DNA from: Octopus sinensis
Taxonomy: Eukaryota
NCBI RefSeq assembly: GCF_006345805.1
Contig: NC_043000.1
Coordinates: 95,790,001 to 95,854,000, forward strand
DNA length: 64,000 bases
Reading direction: 5' to 3'
Shown: piece after piece, positions 53,109 through 64,000 of the stretch
Numbering within the stretch: position 1 is the stretch's first letter
How the letters are laid out: every line of letters starts with the position of its first letter
Notes under the pieces: generated by a model
The model's database searches: none
Told to the model about the DNA's origin: nothing
Seen by the model: the letters and a program-made list of their open reading frames with translations, nothing else
Made by a program: the position numbers and the translations under genes

Positions 53109-54074
53109 CTGAAATAGACAAAAAATAAAAAACAATCCTACAGTAAGCCTTATACGTGAAATTAAGCTCAATATAAGAAAGCAATATTTCATGAAGTAAA
53201 CCAGTGAGTCTCAAGCATTTTTTACTTATGGACCCCTTTGATTACTATTTTTCTCCATAGCCTCTCAATGTTTAAAAACTAGCTTTATAGATACTGTTTT
53301 CAAACTGATGTTTCATGCATGTGTAGAATTGCACTGAAATAGCAGATGTAAAAAAATACTGGAGCACGACCAGAAAACCCAACATGCTAGAAACAACAGA
53401 TAAATGACATTATTTCTAAAGTAACTTCCCTGCTTCCCAAAAAGCTAAAAGTGAAACATTCGGAGTTTGTAGCTTTTTGAAAGTGGTGAGGTGATGGGTT
53501 GATGCTTGGGAAGGAGATTTGAGTGTTTCTTTAAGAAAAAAGAAAGAAAATTCTTAAATATTCATACTATTTTTATCTCTGAGGATTACCAAGAAAAAAA
53601 TTCAAAAAAAGTAAAAAAATAAAGAAATTGGGATGGGGAGTAAGAAAATTAAAATATTGAGAATGTGTATTTTGGGCAAAATCCTAATCTCCTGTATTGA
53701 AAACATATGAATCGGAAGAAATTTAGGAAAGAAAAAAGCAAGAAGCGGGTGGGGGGAGGCAAATATCTTGTCGTGTATGTTAGAAACAACAGGTAAAGGA
53801 CAGGATTTCTGGGAAAACTTCCTTTTAAATTTATATCAAAGATCAGGTTTTTAAATACGCTCATCACAAACATGAATTACAGAATAGAAAAAGGTGATCT
53901 CAATTGGATTTGAGCTGTGATTTTGTGTGTGCACATAGCAAGAAATAACATAATTCATACAGAAGTTTTACCTACAGTTACTGTGTGTGTGTGTGTGTTT
54001 GTGTGTGTGCTAAAGGAAATTATTTTATAGCACTCTGTTGTTTGAAGCAGGAAAATTGTCAACTTGATCATATG

Positions 54075-55628
54075 ACTGTTCGTTAATTTTCATAAAAAAT
54101 TGTTTATTTCCTTATGCTTTGAAGAGAGCAGAAATTGAAGAGAGGAGAAAGAAAAAAGGCAACATTTGCTTTGAAGTGAAAGCAGAAAGTGAAAGATGCA
54201 TGTATGTGTATATGAAATGGACATATGTGCGTGAGAGAGGGAGAGAGAGTGAGTGAAGGAGTGTTTTGTCACAAATGTATTTTTTTTGCATGTGTAAGTG
54301 GAACTCACTCACTTGCTTTCTCTCTCACTCTTTCTCTCACATACACACACATTATTATTCATATACACATACATAAATATATATGCATACATCTTCTTTG
54401 TATGTATGTTTGTGTGTGTGTGCATGTGAGCGAGAAAGGGAGTGACTGTATTTCCTCATAACATATAGAGAAATGGATGTCTTTTAAGGTATACACTCAT
54501 ATAGAAAATGTGATAATGTCGTCAAGGCATAAAATGTCATTGAGGATAGCTGAATTATAGAAAGACTATGTGAAATTTTTGTAATGCAAATATATAAATG
54601 AAAATAAAGTTTATTTGTTAGCTGAAAGATTACTGAATCTTTTTATACCCCATACATCAAAATTGGCAACTCAATTTTTGAATGTATTCATTAATTTCTG
54701 TAAATTTTTTTTCCCTGTATGCTTTGATTAGAGCAGAAATTGAAAGAGAAGAGAAAGTAAAACAGCAACATTTGCTTTGAAGTGAGAGCAGAAAATGAAA
54801 GATGTATGTGTATATGAAATGGATGTGTGTGTGTGTGAGAGAGAGGAGAGTGAGAGTGAATGAGTGTGTTGTCATGTATGTATTTTTTGCTTGTATGTGT
54901 AAGTGGCACTCACTCAGTCACTCTCTCTGTTTCACACACACACATTTTTCATATACACATACATCATCATCATCATCGTTTAACGTCTGCTTTCCATGCT
55001 AGCATGGGTTGGACGATTTGACTGAGGACTGGCGAACAAGATGGCTGCACCAGGCTCCAATCTCGATCAGGCAGAGTTTCTACAGCTGGATGCCCTTCCT
55101 AATGCCAACCACTCCGAGAGTGTAGTGGCTGCTTTTATGTGCCACTGGCACAAGGGCCAGTCAGGCGATACTGGCAACAGCCATGCTCAAATGATGTTTT
55201 TTACGTGCCACCTGCACAGGAGCCAGTCCAGCAGCACTGGCAACAACCTCGCTCAAATGTTTTTTCACATGCCACCGGCACAAGTGCCAGTAAGGCAATG
55301 CTGGTAACAATCACGCTCGAATGGTGGCATACATCTTTTTTGTATATATGTGTGCATGTGAAAGAGAGAGTGATTGGCTGTATTTCATCTTAACATATAG
55401 AGAAATGGATGTCTTTTAAGGTACGCTCTCATATAGAAAATGTGACATCATTATTGTTGTCATCATAGTATAAAATGTTTACGATAGTTGACTTATAGAA
55501 AGGATTATAATGTAAAATTTTTGTAATGCAAATATGTAAATGAAAATAAAGTTTATTTTGTAGTCATAAGATTACTGAATCTTTTGATACCCCATACGTC
55601 AAAACTGGCAACTCAGTTTCCGAATGCA
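54075..55628 (+). repeat. Older ~600 bp tandem duplication; second copy interrupted by an RTE-tail element (54962-55330)
   Basis: AGAGCAGAAATTGAA...CAACATTTGCTTTGAAGTG and CATATAGAGAAATGGATGTCTTTTAAGGTA...GGCAACTCA each occur twice, with substitutions. Confidence 0.9.
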
Positions 55629-56329
55629 TAAGGAAGATACACACACACCCACACAAACTCATTTTTATATATATGGAAGACAAGGGGCTATTCATCTATG
55701 GAAGAAAAGGAAAGACATTATATATAGTGCACTGTTTGAGTAAGTTGGTAAAATTTTAATAAATCTTAATACGGTGATTTGAAAACAAATATAAAAACAC
55801 TTTACCTTTCACTTGTTTAACATCTGTTGTTGGGCATATTGTAAAAGTTTTGACTGAGTATATGATAGTTAATTCACTAAGTGTATGCGTTAAGTGAAAG
55901 AACAAAGTATTAAAATTCTGTCTCTCCTGCTCTGTCTCTCACATTCCATGTGCGTCTATCTCTTCCTGTCTTCTCCCCTTCCCTGATATCAGCCTACCTC
56001 ATTATGCCACATTTCCCTGAACCTAACACCTTTTCACTCCTCTCATTTTATTATGTTATAGCCCAACTCCCATAATTGGTCCATTATTGATTTTTATTGA
56101 AATCCAATTAACCTTTAATTAAACTGGATGTTAATTTAACATATATACAAAGTTTGTTGAAGATTGGTTTGCTGGTTTGGGCAGCAAGATGGAGACAGAC
56201 GGACAGACAGAAATTGCTATTTATATTTAAAGATTAGAGAAAGAAATCTTGCTGTTTTCTGCAAGAAATACATCTACAACAAAATTTTTTCATGGACTCT
56301 TAATATACTGAGGAGGGGAAGGGGTGGCT

Positions 56330-57030
56330 TTATGCTAGGAGTTGAGGGTTAACGTAAGAGAGAAGAGAACAAAGCCAGTTTCTTGTATAGAGGAGATACA
56401 TGACCACTCAAATTTTAGAAGAGAGGGTAGAAGTGATCAGATGGAGCTGGAAAGATAAAACAGTAGTGATGAGGTGTCAGGGTGGCCCCTCAAGGTACTA
56501 TGTGAGAGAAGTGAGCAAGGATAGAGGATCTAGGAGTGTGAGTAGGTGGGGGTTTGCAAGCGTATATATGGGAGAACAAGAGATAGGGGGGGTGAGTAAG
56601 AATTAGGCAACAACTTTAAATGTTGTGTAGGGTTGGAGGGTGGAGGTAATAAATGGTGGATAAAGGGTGGAGGATGACCAATGATACAAGGTGGGGGAGG
56701 TAGAAGGATGCAGAAGAAAGCAAGGGGAGAATGGCAGAATAGTAATGCCGATACAGTAGACCTGAAGGATGAGAGAGAGAGAGATGACGTGTGGGTGGAT
56801 AGGTTGCAAGAATAGGGGGGAAGAGAGAGGTGCAATACATGAGGAGAGAGATGTATAGTGGTGGGGAAGGAGAGATAATTTGGTGATTCAGTGGTAGATG
56901 TGATTAATGTAAGATGTGGGTGGAGAGAACAGTATATATGGATGAAGAATGGCTAACAAATAGTTCTGGGTAGCAAGAAAAGTAAGTGATATTAAGGGAG
57001 AGCAACAGTGAGAGAGATGGCAGGTGAATA
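56330..57030. repeat. Purine-rich (GA/GGA) low-complexity tract
   Basis: Seen directly. Confidence 0.75.
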
Positions 57031-57107
57031 GAGGAGCGAAGGGTCAATATATGCAACACACACATATGTAAATATAACAGTGTAATAGAGTTTAACATGA
57101 TACTTAC

Positions 57108-57164
57108 CAAAAGACCAAACAAAATAATAATGACCATATGCACTAATGACAATTCTTCAATCAT
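57108..57164 (-). CDS. C1orf43: C1orf43/NICE-3 homolog, first coding exon (MIEELSLVHMVIIILFGLL; start of TM helix)
   Basis: ATG in aaaATG context and GTAAGT donor at 57107, phase 0. The hydrophobic segment resembles the recalled human N-terminus LSGVNVVLVMAYGSL. Confidence 0.88.
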
Positions 57165-57275
57165 TTTGAAGCCACGGATTGTCAACCTCAAATGAATATC
57201 AAATAAGGATCAAACTGATCAAACAACTTTGTAATCAGGAAAAGGCAGTAATGATTTCATGCTAACTCTTGATAA
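57165..57275 (-). other. 5'UTR part of C1orf43 first coding exon
   Basis: Strong acceptor CATTTTCATTTTTCTTTCAG at 57276-57295 upstream of the ATG implies an upstream non-coding exon. Confidence 0.55.
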
Positions 57276-57638
57276 CTGAAAGAAAAATGAAAATGGAATC
57301 AGCATCATCATCCTTATTATTGTTTTAATGATTGCTTTTCTTTGCTTACATTGATAAACCTAAATTCAATGAGACAGATTTTCTATAGCTGAATAGTTTT
57401 CTTGCCACTAACTCTCACTTGTATCCAAGCAAGGTATATTTCCTCTAGTCCTTCAAACACAAACATAATTGATGGACATGATTTCATGAAAGACTGCAAA
57501 TGAACAACACTGCTTTTATGAAGATGAATGGTGACATTCATTTAACATCCAGTGTGCACTCATGAGACAAGGACACACAGGCACATATATAGAAAATCCT
57601 TGGGAGTGAATTTGGAAGACAGAAACTAAAACTATCTA

Positions 57639-57689
<51 letters not shown>

Positions 57690-58044
57690 CTGAATCAAGA
57701 ATGACATCTTGAACATCAATTAGATTTCAATATAGTTGAAAAGAAGCTTTTTCTCTCAGTGTCTCTTCCTCTTTTCTTTTCTTTCTTTTCCTTCTTCCTG
57801 CCTTTCTCCAGAAAACAAAATTCACATCTTGAAAGGTCATTTGCATCAACCAGGAGTTAGTCAAAGACCATCCCAAGATTCATGATATCTTTTAATTTCT
57901 TGTCCCTGCCTTCCTCTTTTCTCTTTCTCCCGTACTAAACAAAACAACATCTCTTCAATTTTTATAAAGCTGAAGAAATTTTCTGTGCACTGAGGAATTT
58001 GACTGAATGGATGAAAGCGCTAATAAAGAATTATCCAAAATTCT

Positions 58045-58440
58045 GACTCTCTCTTTACTCTTTTACTTGTTTCAGTCATTTGACTGCGGCCATGCCAGAG
58101 CACCGCCTTTAGTCGAGCAAATCGACCCCGGGACTTATTTTTTGTAAGCCCAGTACTTACTCTATCGGTCTCTTTTGCTGAACCACTAAGTGACAAGGAC
58201 ATAAACACACCAGCATCGGTTGTCAAGCAATGCTAGGGGTACAAACACACACACATACATATATATATACATATATACAACAGGCTTCTTTCAGTTTCCG
58301 TCTACCAAATCCACTCACAGGGCATTGGTCGGCCCGGGGCTATAGCAGAAGACACTTGCCCAAGATGCCACGCAGTGGGACTGAACCCGGAACCATGTGG
58401 TTGGTTAGCAAGCTACTTACCACACAGCCACTTCTGCGCC
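58045..58440 (-). mobile_element. tRNA-derived SINE, well-preserved copy
   Basis: Near-identical to 9295 and 40478. Confidence 0.9.
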
Positions 58441-58825
58441 TCCCTCTTCTTAATACACATTATCTGTACACCACTTCAAACACTACATACATACAATATA
58501 TATAGGAAATTGGGATGACAAAGGATATAACAATTATTTTATGAACTCCAATTAGCTTACAGCTGTTTCTGCTATAAGGTGCAATACACTCATAGATGTG
58601 TGCTTGAGTGTCACCCTGTAGCTTAAAATATTATTAGCATCACAAAACTTTTGTATTATTTTGAATTCCCACAAGTGTTTGATGAATGGTTACATTAAAC
58701 AATGGAGTAAGAGTTTAAGGTTTTTCAGCTTCATTAGAATTGTATTTTACCTCTGGTATTCAGGTACTCTTTTCCTCCACCTTGTTTTGCACCAATGTGC
58801 TCATATGTGTATGTATGTGTGTGTA

Positions 58826-61800
58826 TAGTCTACCCCCGCTTATTCGTGGTTTGGCATTCACAGTCCCAGGTATTTGCAGAAACCACTGCATATTTGCGGC
58901 ATCGTAAATATTGACCGCAATTTTTTACGGCTTTTTCGTGGCAATATATATTTTTTTCACACTTTTAAGGCTAAATTATTAATAACAATATACTGAATTT
59001 GCCGGCTTACTGGACACCCATTCGCAGTTGAAGCTCCGTCTGATTAGAATAGCTGTGCATCATGTCACTTGATTGTTTTAGATACAAGTATACTGTATCA
59101 TGTATCTCTTATTCCTGCTTTCAATCAAAGCATGCTAATTAGTATAACGACATCTATCTATATTTCATACATACACACTCTCTCTCCCTGTGTTTGTCTC
59201 TCAACAACCACCTTTCACTGTAGTGAATGTATATATGTATGTATGTATGTATATATATATATATAGTATCACACCAGTATTACTTGGGCTAGTGATGAGA
59301 GATCAATGATATATACGACAGGAGAATGAATGTTAATTTTATACCAGCGTTTTTTTTAAATCATCGCTATATTTGGCCATACTCATTGTTTATTTCAACA
59401 GAATAATTTTTAAGGTTGTGAGCCAATATAGCCTCATTGAAATTAGGTTACTTGCTGGTCCCTCTCTCTCTCTCTCTCTCTCTTATTATTATAGTATAGA
59501 TTACTGTATCTAGTGGTAATACAAACTAAATTTTTCAAAGCCATGATTATTTTTAATCTCTTCTCAATCTCCCATTGGTGGTATGCGCATATTATATGAA
59601 AGGAAGATTTTGTAGGGTTTTTTGGGGAAAACTGTATCCAGTAGCTATCTAGAGTATTTTATTGAGTGCTGTGTTTTTCTCAGCATGTCATTAAAGCCCT
59701 AAGATGCCGCCCAAATGCCCTACACCTAAGGTTTCTGGCAATGAACCTAAGCACCAGGAAAAGGTTATGATGCTCCATGTGATGGCACAACTGCTGGATA
59801 TGTTCCGAGAAGGTAAAAGATATGCTGCAGTATTATGTTGTCAATGAAAGCACTGTATGCTACATAAAGAAGAACAAGGTGGTGATCACAACTACTGTAG
59901 GAGTAAGTTTCTGTGAAATACTAAAAAGATAATGATAGTGAAAAATAAGCACTTCGTCAGGACGGACTCTACTTTGGCATTATGGATCAGTGACTGCAAA
60001 AAGAAAAACATCCCCTAGAGCAGTAATATTATCTGCGAGAAAGAGCAGAAATTATACCAGCAGTTCAACAGAGGTGATGGAGCAGAAGGTACTGAAGAAA
60101 TGCAACCAAGACCATTGACAGCACTGGAGCCCAAAGATTTTCAAGCCAGCAAGTGATGGTTTGACTGTTTCTAGAAACAGTTTAAAATAAAGTGTTTTCC
60201 TGCATGGAGAGATAGTATCATCTGACAAAAAAGCCACCAAGAAGTACCTCAAGACCTTCAGGCAGATCATCAAGGACAAGGGATACAAGCCCAAACAGGT
60301 TTTCAATATAGTTGAGACTGGCTTGTTCTGGAAGAAGATGCCTTCCAGAACATATACCATGAAGGCAAAGCCAGAGCCTCAGGATTTAAGGCACAGAAGG
60401 ACAAAGCAACACTAACTATGTGTGGCAATGCTGCTGGCTTCGTGATGATTCCAGGATTTAACTACAAGTCCATGAACCCGAGGGCCTTCAAAAATACACT
60501 GGATGCACAACCGCAAGGCCTGGATTACCAAAAGTCTAACTTTGAATTGGTGCCACTAGTGCTTCATCCCTCAAGATAAGGAATACTTTCAAAACATATA
60601 CATAGAATTCAAGCTGTTGCTTGTTATGGATAATCCTGGTGGTCACTCTTTGGATTTGAATCATGAGGGAGTCCAAGTCAACTTCCTCCCTGCCAACACC
60701 ACCTCCCTCATCCAGCCTATGAATCAAGGCATGATTCATGCCTTCAGGGCACTTTACACTCAGAACTCTCCAACACCTTGTGGATACAATGGATTTGGAC
60801 GAGAATTTCAAGTTAAAGGGGCACTGGCGTAACTTCATGATCACTAAGTGCCTGCCAATCATCCACACTACTCTTAAAAGACATGAAAAAAGAAACCCCC
60901 AATGCATGCTAGAAGAAGGTGTGGCCAGAGTGTGCCCAGGAGTATGAGGGTTTCTCACTTGAAGATATTTGGCAGAAGGCTGTCAACAATGTGCTTGAAC
61001 CGGCAAAGGGACGTGGTGGCGAATGTTCTGATGACATCATGCAAGATGAGGTCAATGACCTCATCACTGCCCACTCTGAAACCCTGACAAATGAAGATTT
61101 GTTGGAGTTAACAAAGTCTGCCAGTGAAGAGAAGGAGGAAGCGCCAGATCCAGTGGAAGAGAGGATGAGGTGGGCTTGGCAATCAAACGTCTGTCAGACC
61201 TTTTAAGGACAGCAAAGGAGTTGCAAGGGAAGGCAGAAGCATGAGATCCCTACATGTTTCGGTCTTTCCAATTTAAAAATGTCATCGATGCTGCCATGCA
61301 GACATATAAACCTCTCCTCACCACCATGAAGAAACAACGACAGCAACTTCCCATCACAATGTTCCTCAAGTTCACGAAGAAAGCCTTGCACGAAGATACA
61401 ACATCCCCTAAAACACCTGAAGAGATTTAAATCTTTTTTGCTGTGCAGTCATTACCTTCATTATTTTCATCATCATCATTGACGTTTAACATTTGCTTTC
61501 CATGTTGGCATGGGTTGGATGGTTTGACTGAGGGCTGGCAGGCCAGAAGGCTGCACCAGGCTCCAATCTGATCTGGCAAAGTTTCTACAGCTGGATCCCC
61601 TTCCTAATACCAAGCACTCCAAGAGTGTAGTGAGTGCTTTTTAGGTGCCACTGACACAAGGGCCAGTCAGGCAGTACTGGCATCGACCATACTTGAATAG
61701 TACTTTTTACATGCCACCAGCACAGGACGTCAGTTGGCACTAGCATCGACCATGCTCGAATGGTGCTTTTTACGTGTCACTGGCACAGGAGCCAGTCAGG

Positions 61801-62036
61801 CAGCACTGGCAGCAACCATGCTCAAATGGTGTTTTTTAAATCAATATCATTCATTATTGGTGAGTAACCGTACATTTTACTTTATTTTTTTTATTAAATT
61901 ATTATTAAATATTATATATATATAACGTTCTATTTTAACATTTATAGGAGATGGACCACCTCTCCAATATTCGCAGTTTTTCACTATTAGAGGGTGCTCT
62001 AGGAACATAACCCCCACAAATACCAAGGGATTACTA
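58826..62036 (+). mobile_element. Tigger/pogo element, near full length, decayed transposase (approx. 59704-61430), RTE-tail element inserted at 61465-61830
   Basis: MPPKCPTPKVSGNEPK start, GYKPKQVFN.VETGLFWKKMP, LLVMDNPGGH and FLPANTTSLIQPMNQG motifs. Both ends begin TAGT...TATT(C/T)GTGG. Confidence 0.9.
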
Positions 62037-62243
62037 TCGACCGCGTGTATATCGTTAGCGATTTTCTTTCTCCGTCTTACCTTCCTTGGACCTTTCCTTT
62101 TTCTATGTTTCTGACGAAGAGCTCCGCTTGAAACGTTAAATCCCCCTTCTTTCTTTCCTTTCCTGAGCGTCTAATAACACTATACATGTTCCACGACCTC
62201 ACATTGTTGTGTTTTCTCTTTGTGTTTTCATGTTTGGATAAAG

Positions 62244-62244
<1 letters not shown>
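62037..62244 (+). mobile_element. Penelope-like LTR / retrozyme-like ~200 bp element with hammerhead-like core
   Basis: Core CTGACGAAGAGCTCCGCTTGAAACGTTAAA at 62111-62140. Homologous to 52364-52555 and followed by (TA)n. Confidence 0.6.
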
Positions 62245-62281
<37 letters not shown>

Positions 62282-62396
62282 ATATATATGCTATATACAC
62301 ACATACACATACTCAAAGCAGCTCTGTAAGTTTTAATTTACCGAATTCACTCTGAGATGGAAATTGTAAGAAAACAATGTGTGTGTGTGTGAGTAT

Positions 62397-62459
<63 letters not shown>

Positions 62460-62461
<2 letters not shown>

Positions 62462-63800
62462 GCGCGCGAGTGAAGGGCTTCTTTCAGTTTTTTCCTACTA
62501 AATCCACTCAAGAACTCAGATTGATGTAATCAACTATCCGCTTGATATGTCAAAGAAAATACCAATAATTTTGATAGTTTCACATTAAAGCAACAGCGTT
62601 TCAATGTTTACAGAAACGTTCTCACCATTTGTCTGAGAATGATTGCTTCACTGCTTTCAGTTCCAGTGATGACCAGAAACATAAGTGGATGAATATATTT
62701 GAAGAGTAAAAACAAGATATTGCATTTCTAATTACATTTTCATCCTGAGAAATCGAAACAATTTCATATTTCCAACCAGTGAAAACAGTACAATGCTAAT
62801 GATTTGATTTACATTATATTCCTTAAGTTGCTCATGTATTCAACAAACCTCACACCTTTAGTCATGTATTTTTACAGTTCACAATAGGAAAACCCTTCGT
62901 AGAACAACGATAAGGACATTGATGCTAGAAAAGTGAAAAGGCCGGTTCAGGAAGTATATTTATTCTGACCCATCTTTTGAAGATTTGCTTCCTATTTCTA
63001 GCAAGATTGGACAAACGTAGAGGGCTCCGCTGTTACCTCGTTACAGCGTGTGTTTAATATGGGCTTTCTGCATGGAAAAACATATTTATTATCATCACTC
63101 ATGTTCCTGGGGTCGGCTTGCCATGAGTCTCCAGTTCCCTGTGTTGTGTTGTATACATACAAATACAGAAGCTATTACACGACATCGCAATTATATATTG
63201 TAGACAAGAATATAGATTACCGAAATAACGTCGGTGGACCTCAAAAAGAATACCAAAAATGACTAATTATTTAAAATAAAACTAAATTTTAGGTTATTTC
63301 ATTCCGATTTGAATATATATCAAAGTGAATGGATATTTACCTTTTTCCTTCCGACAAAGCAACATGGAAGAACAACACACCTTCCATCGCACTGAATATT
63401 TAAATCCTTATTCGTCATATTAGGCATCGTACACACTTAAAACAATACTGCTAACTGAATAATATATCTAAAATACTATTTAAAACGAATCGTAAAATTT
63501 AAATATTTCCATTTCTATTTCGTCACATAGGGAAATAAATATTTATGTGTTAAAATTTTCTGTGAAGTAAATATATCATAGCATTATAGAATTCATGTTA
63601 ATTGGTTTGTTTACTATTTCGAAATCAATAAAACTAACATCAGATATTGAAAATGACAGAGTTACATATGGATTTTTGAAATCAAAACAAGTATAAATAC
63701 AAATTTAAGTGAGAAAACTTAATTATATATTCCTTTAATTAGGCCAAATATTAATAACATGCATTATGTTTTTAAATGTTTTGCCGCAGTTTCGTAAAGC
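62460..63800 (-). promoter_or_regulatory. CpG-richer region, candidate C1orf43 promoter and non-coding first exon
   Basis: CpG visibly more frequent than in the introns. Candidate minus-strand donor AAG|GTAAAT at 63341/63340 and ETS-like CAGGAAGT near 62950. Confidence 0.35.
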
Positions 63801-64000
63801 TGTTGCTAAGGGTGATCAAACTTAATTTAAGAAATTATTAATATTTTGTTACTATAAGCTCAATCCGATTCTGTTGACGTATATATTATATTTTATTGTA
63901 TCGAAATAACATTTAGATACAAATGCTACAAGTATGTTTTACGGAACATAAGACTTATCATTTGTTTATATAAATTTTAAAAATTCCCACTTGTTAACCA

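Noticed and set aside
62594-62705. Plus-strand exon-like KRSHHLSENDCFTAFSSSDDQKHKWMNIFE, and minus-strand MFLVITGTESSEAIILRQM|GTGAG
   Set aside because: No homology recognised. The minus version would hit a stop after splicing to 57275, and no partner exons were found.

Overview
AT-rich, microsatellite- and transposon-dense eukaryotic DNA. The SINE and RTE repeat families look like those of Octopus (inferred from recalled repeat families, not a search). The one gene I can assemble is a minus-strand C1orf43 (NICE-3 family) homolog with seven coding exons: 57164-57108, 53108-53007, 47385-47268, 39545-39489, 37179-37013, 35873-35815 and 20006-19640. All splice sites are GT-AG, the phases are consistent, and the product is about 308 aa. 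A CpG-richer 5' region lies near 62.5-64 kb. A second CpG-rich promoter-like region (CRE and ETS motifs, several minus-strand donors) lies at about 2.5-6.5 kb and probably belongs to another minus-strand gene that runs out of the window. The rest is fossil repeats: two Tigger/pogo elements, several mariners, a maT (DD37D) element, MITEs, RTE and CR1 LINE fragments, many tRNA-derived SINEs and RTE-tail elements, and two tandem duplications. The most unusual items are two copies of a ~200 bp element carrying a hammerhead-ribozyme-like core, a 28-bp foldback hairpin, and a long C1orf43 tail with a 14-3-3/Akt motif. I see no clear novel multi-gene system.
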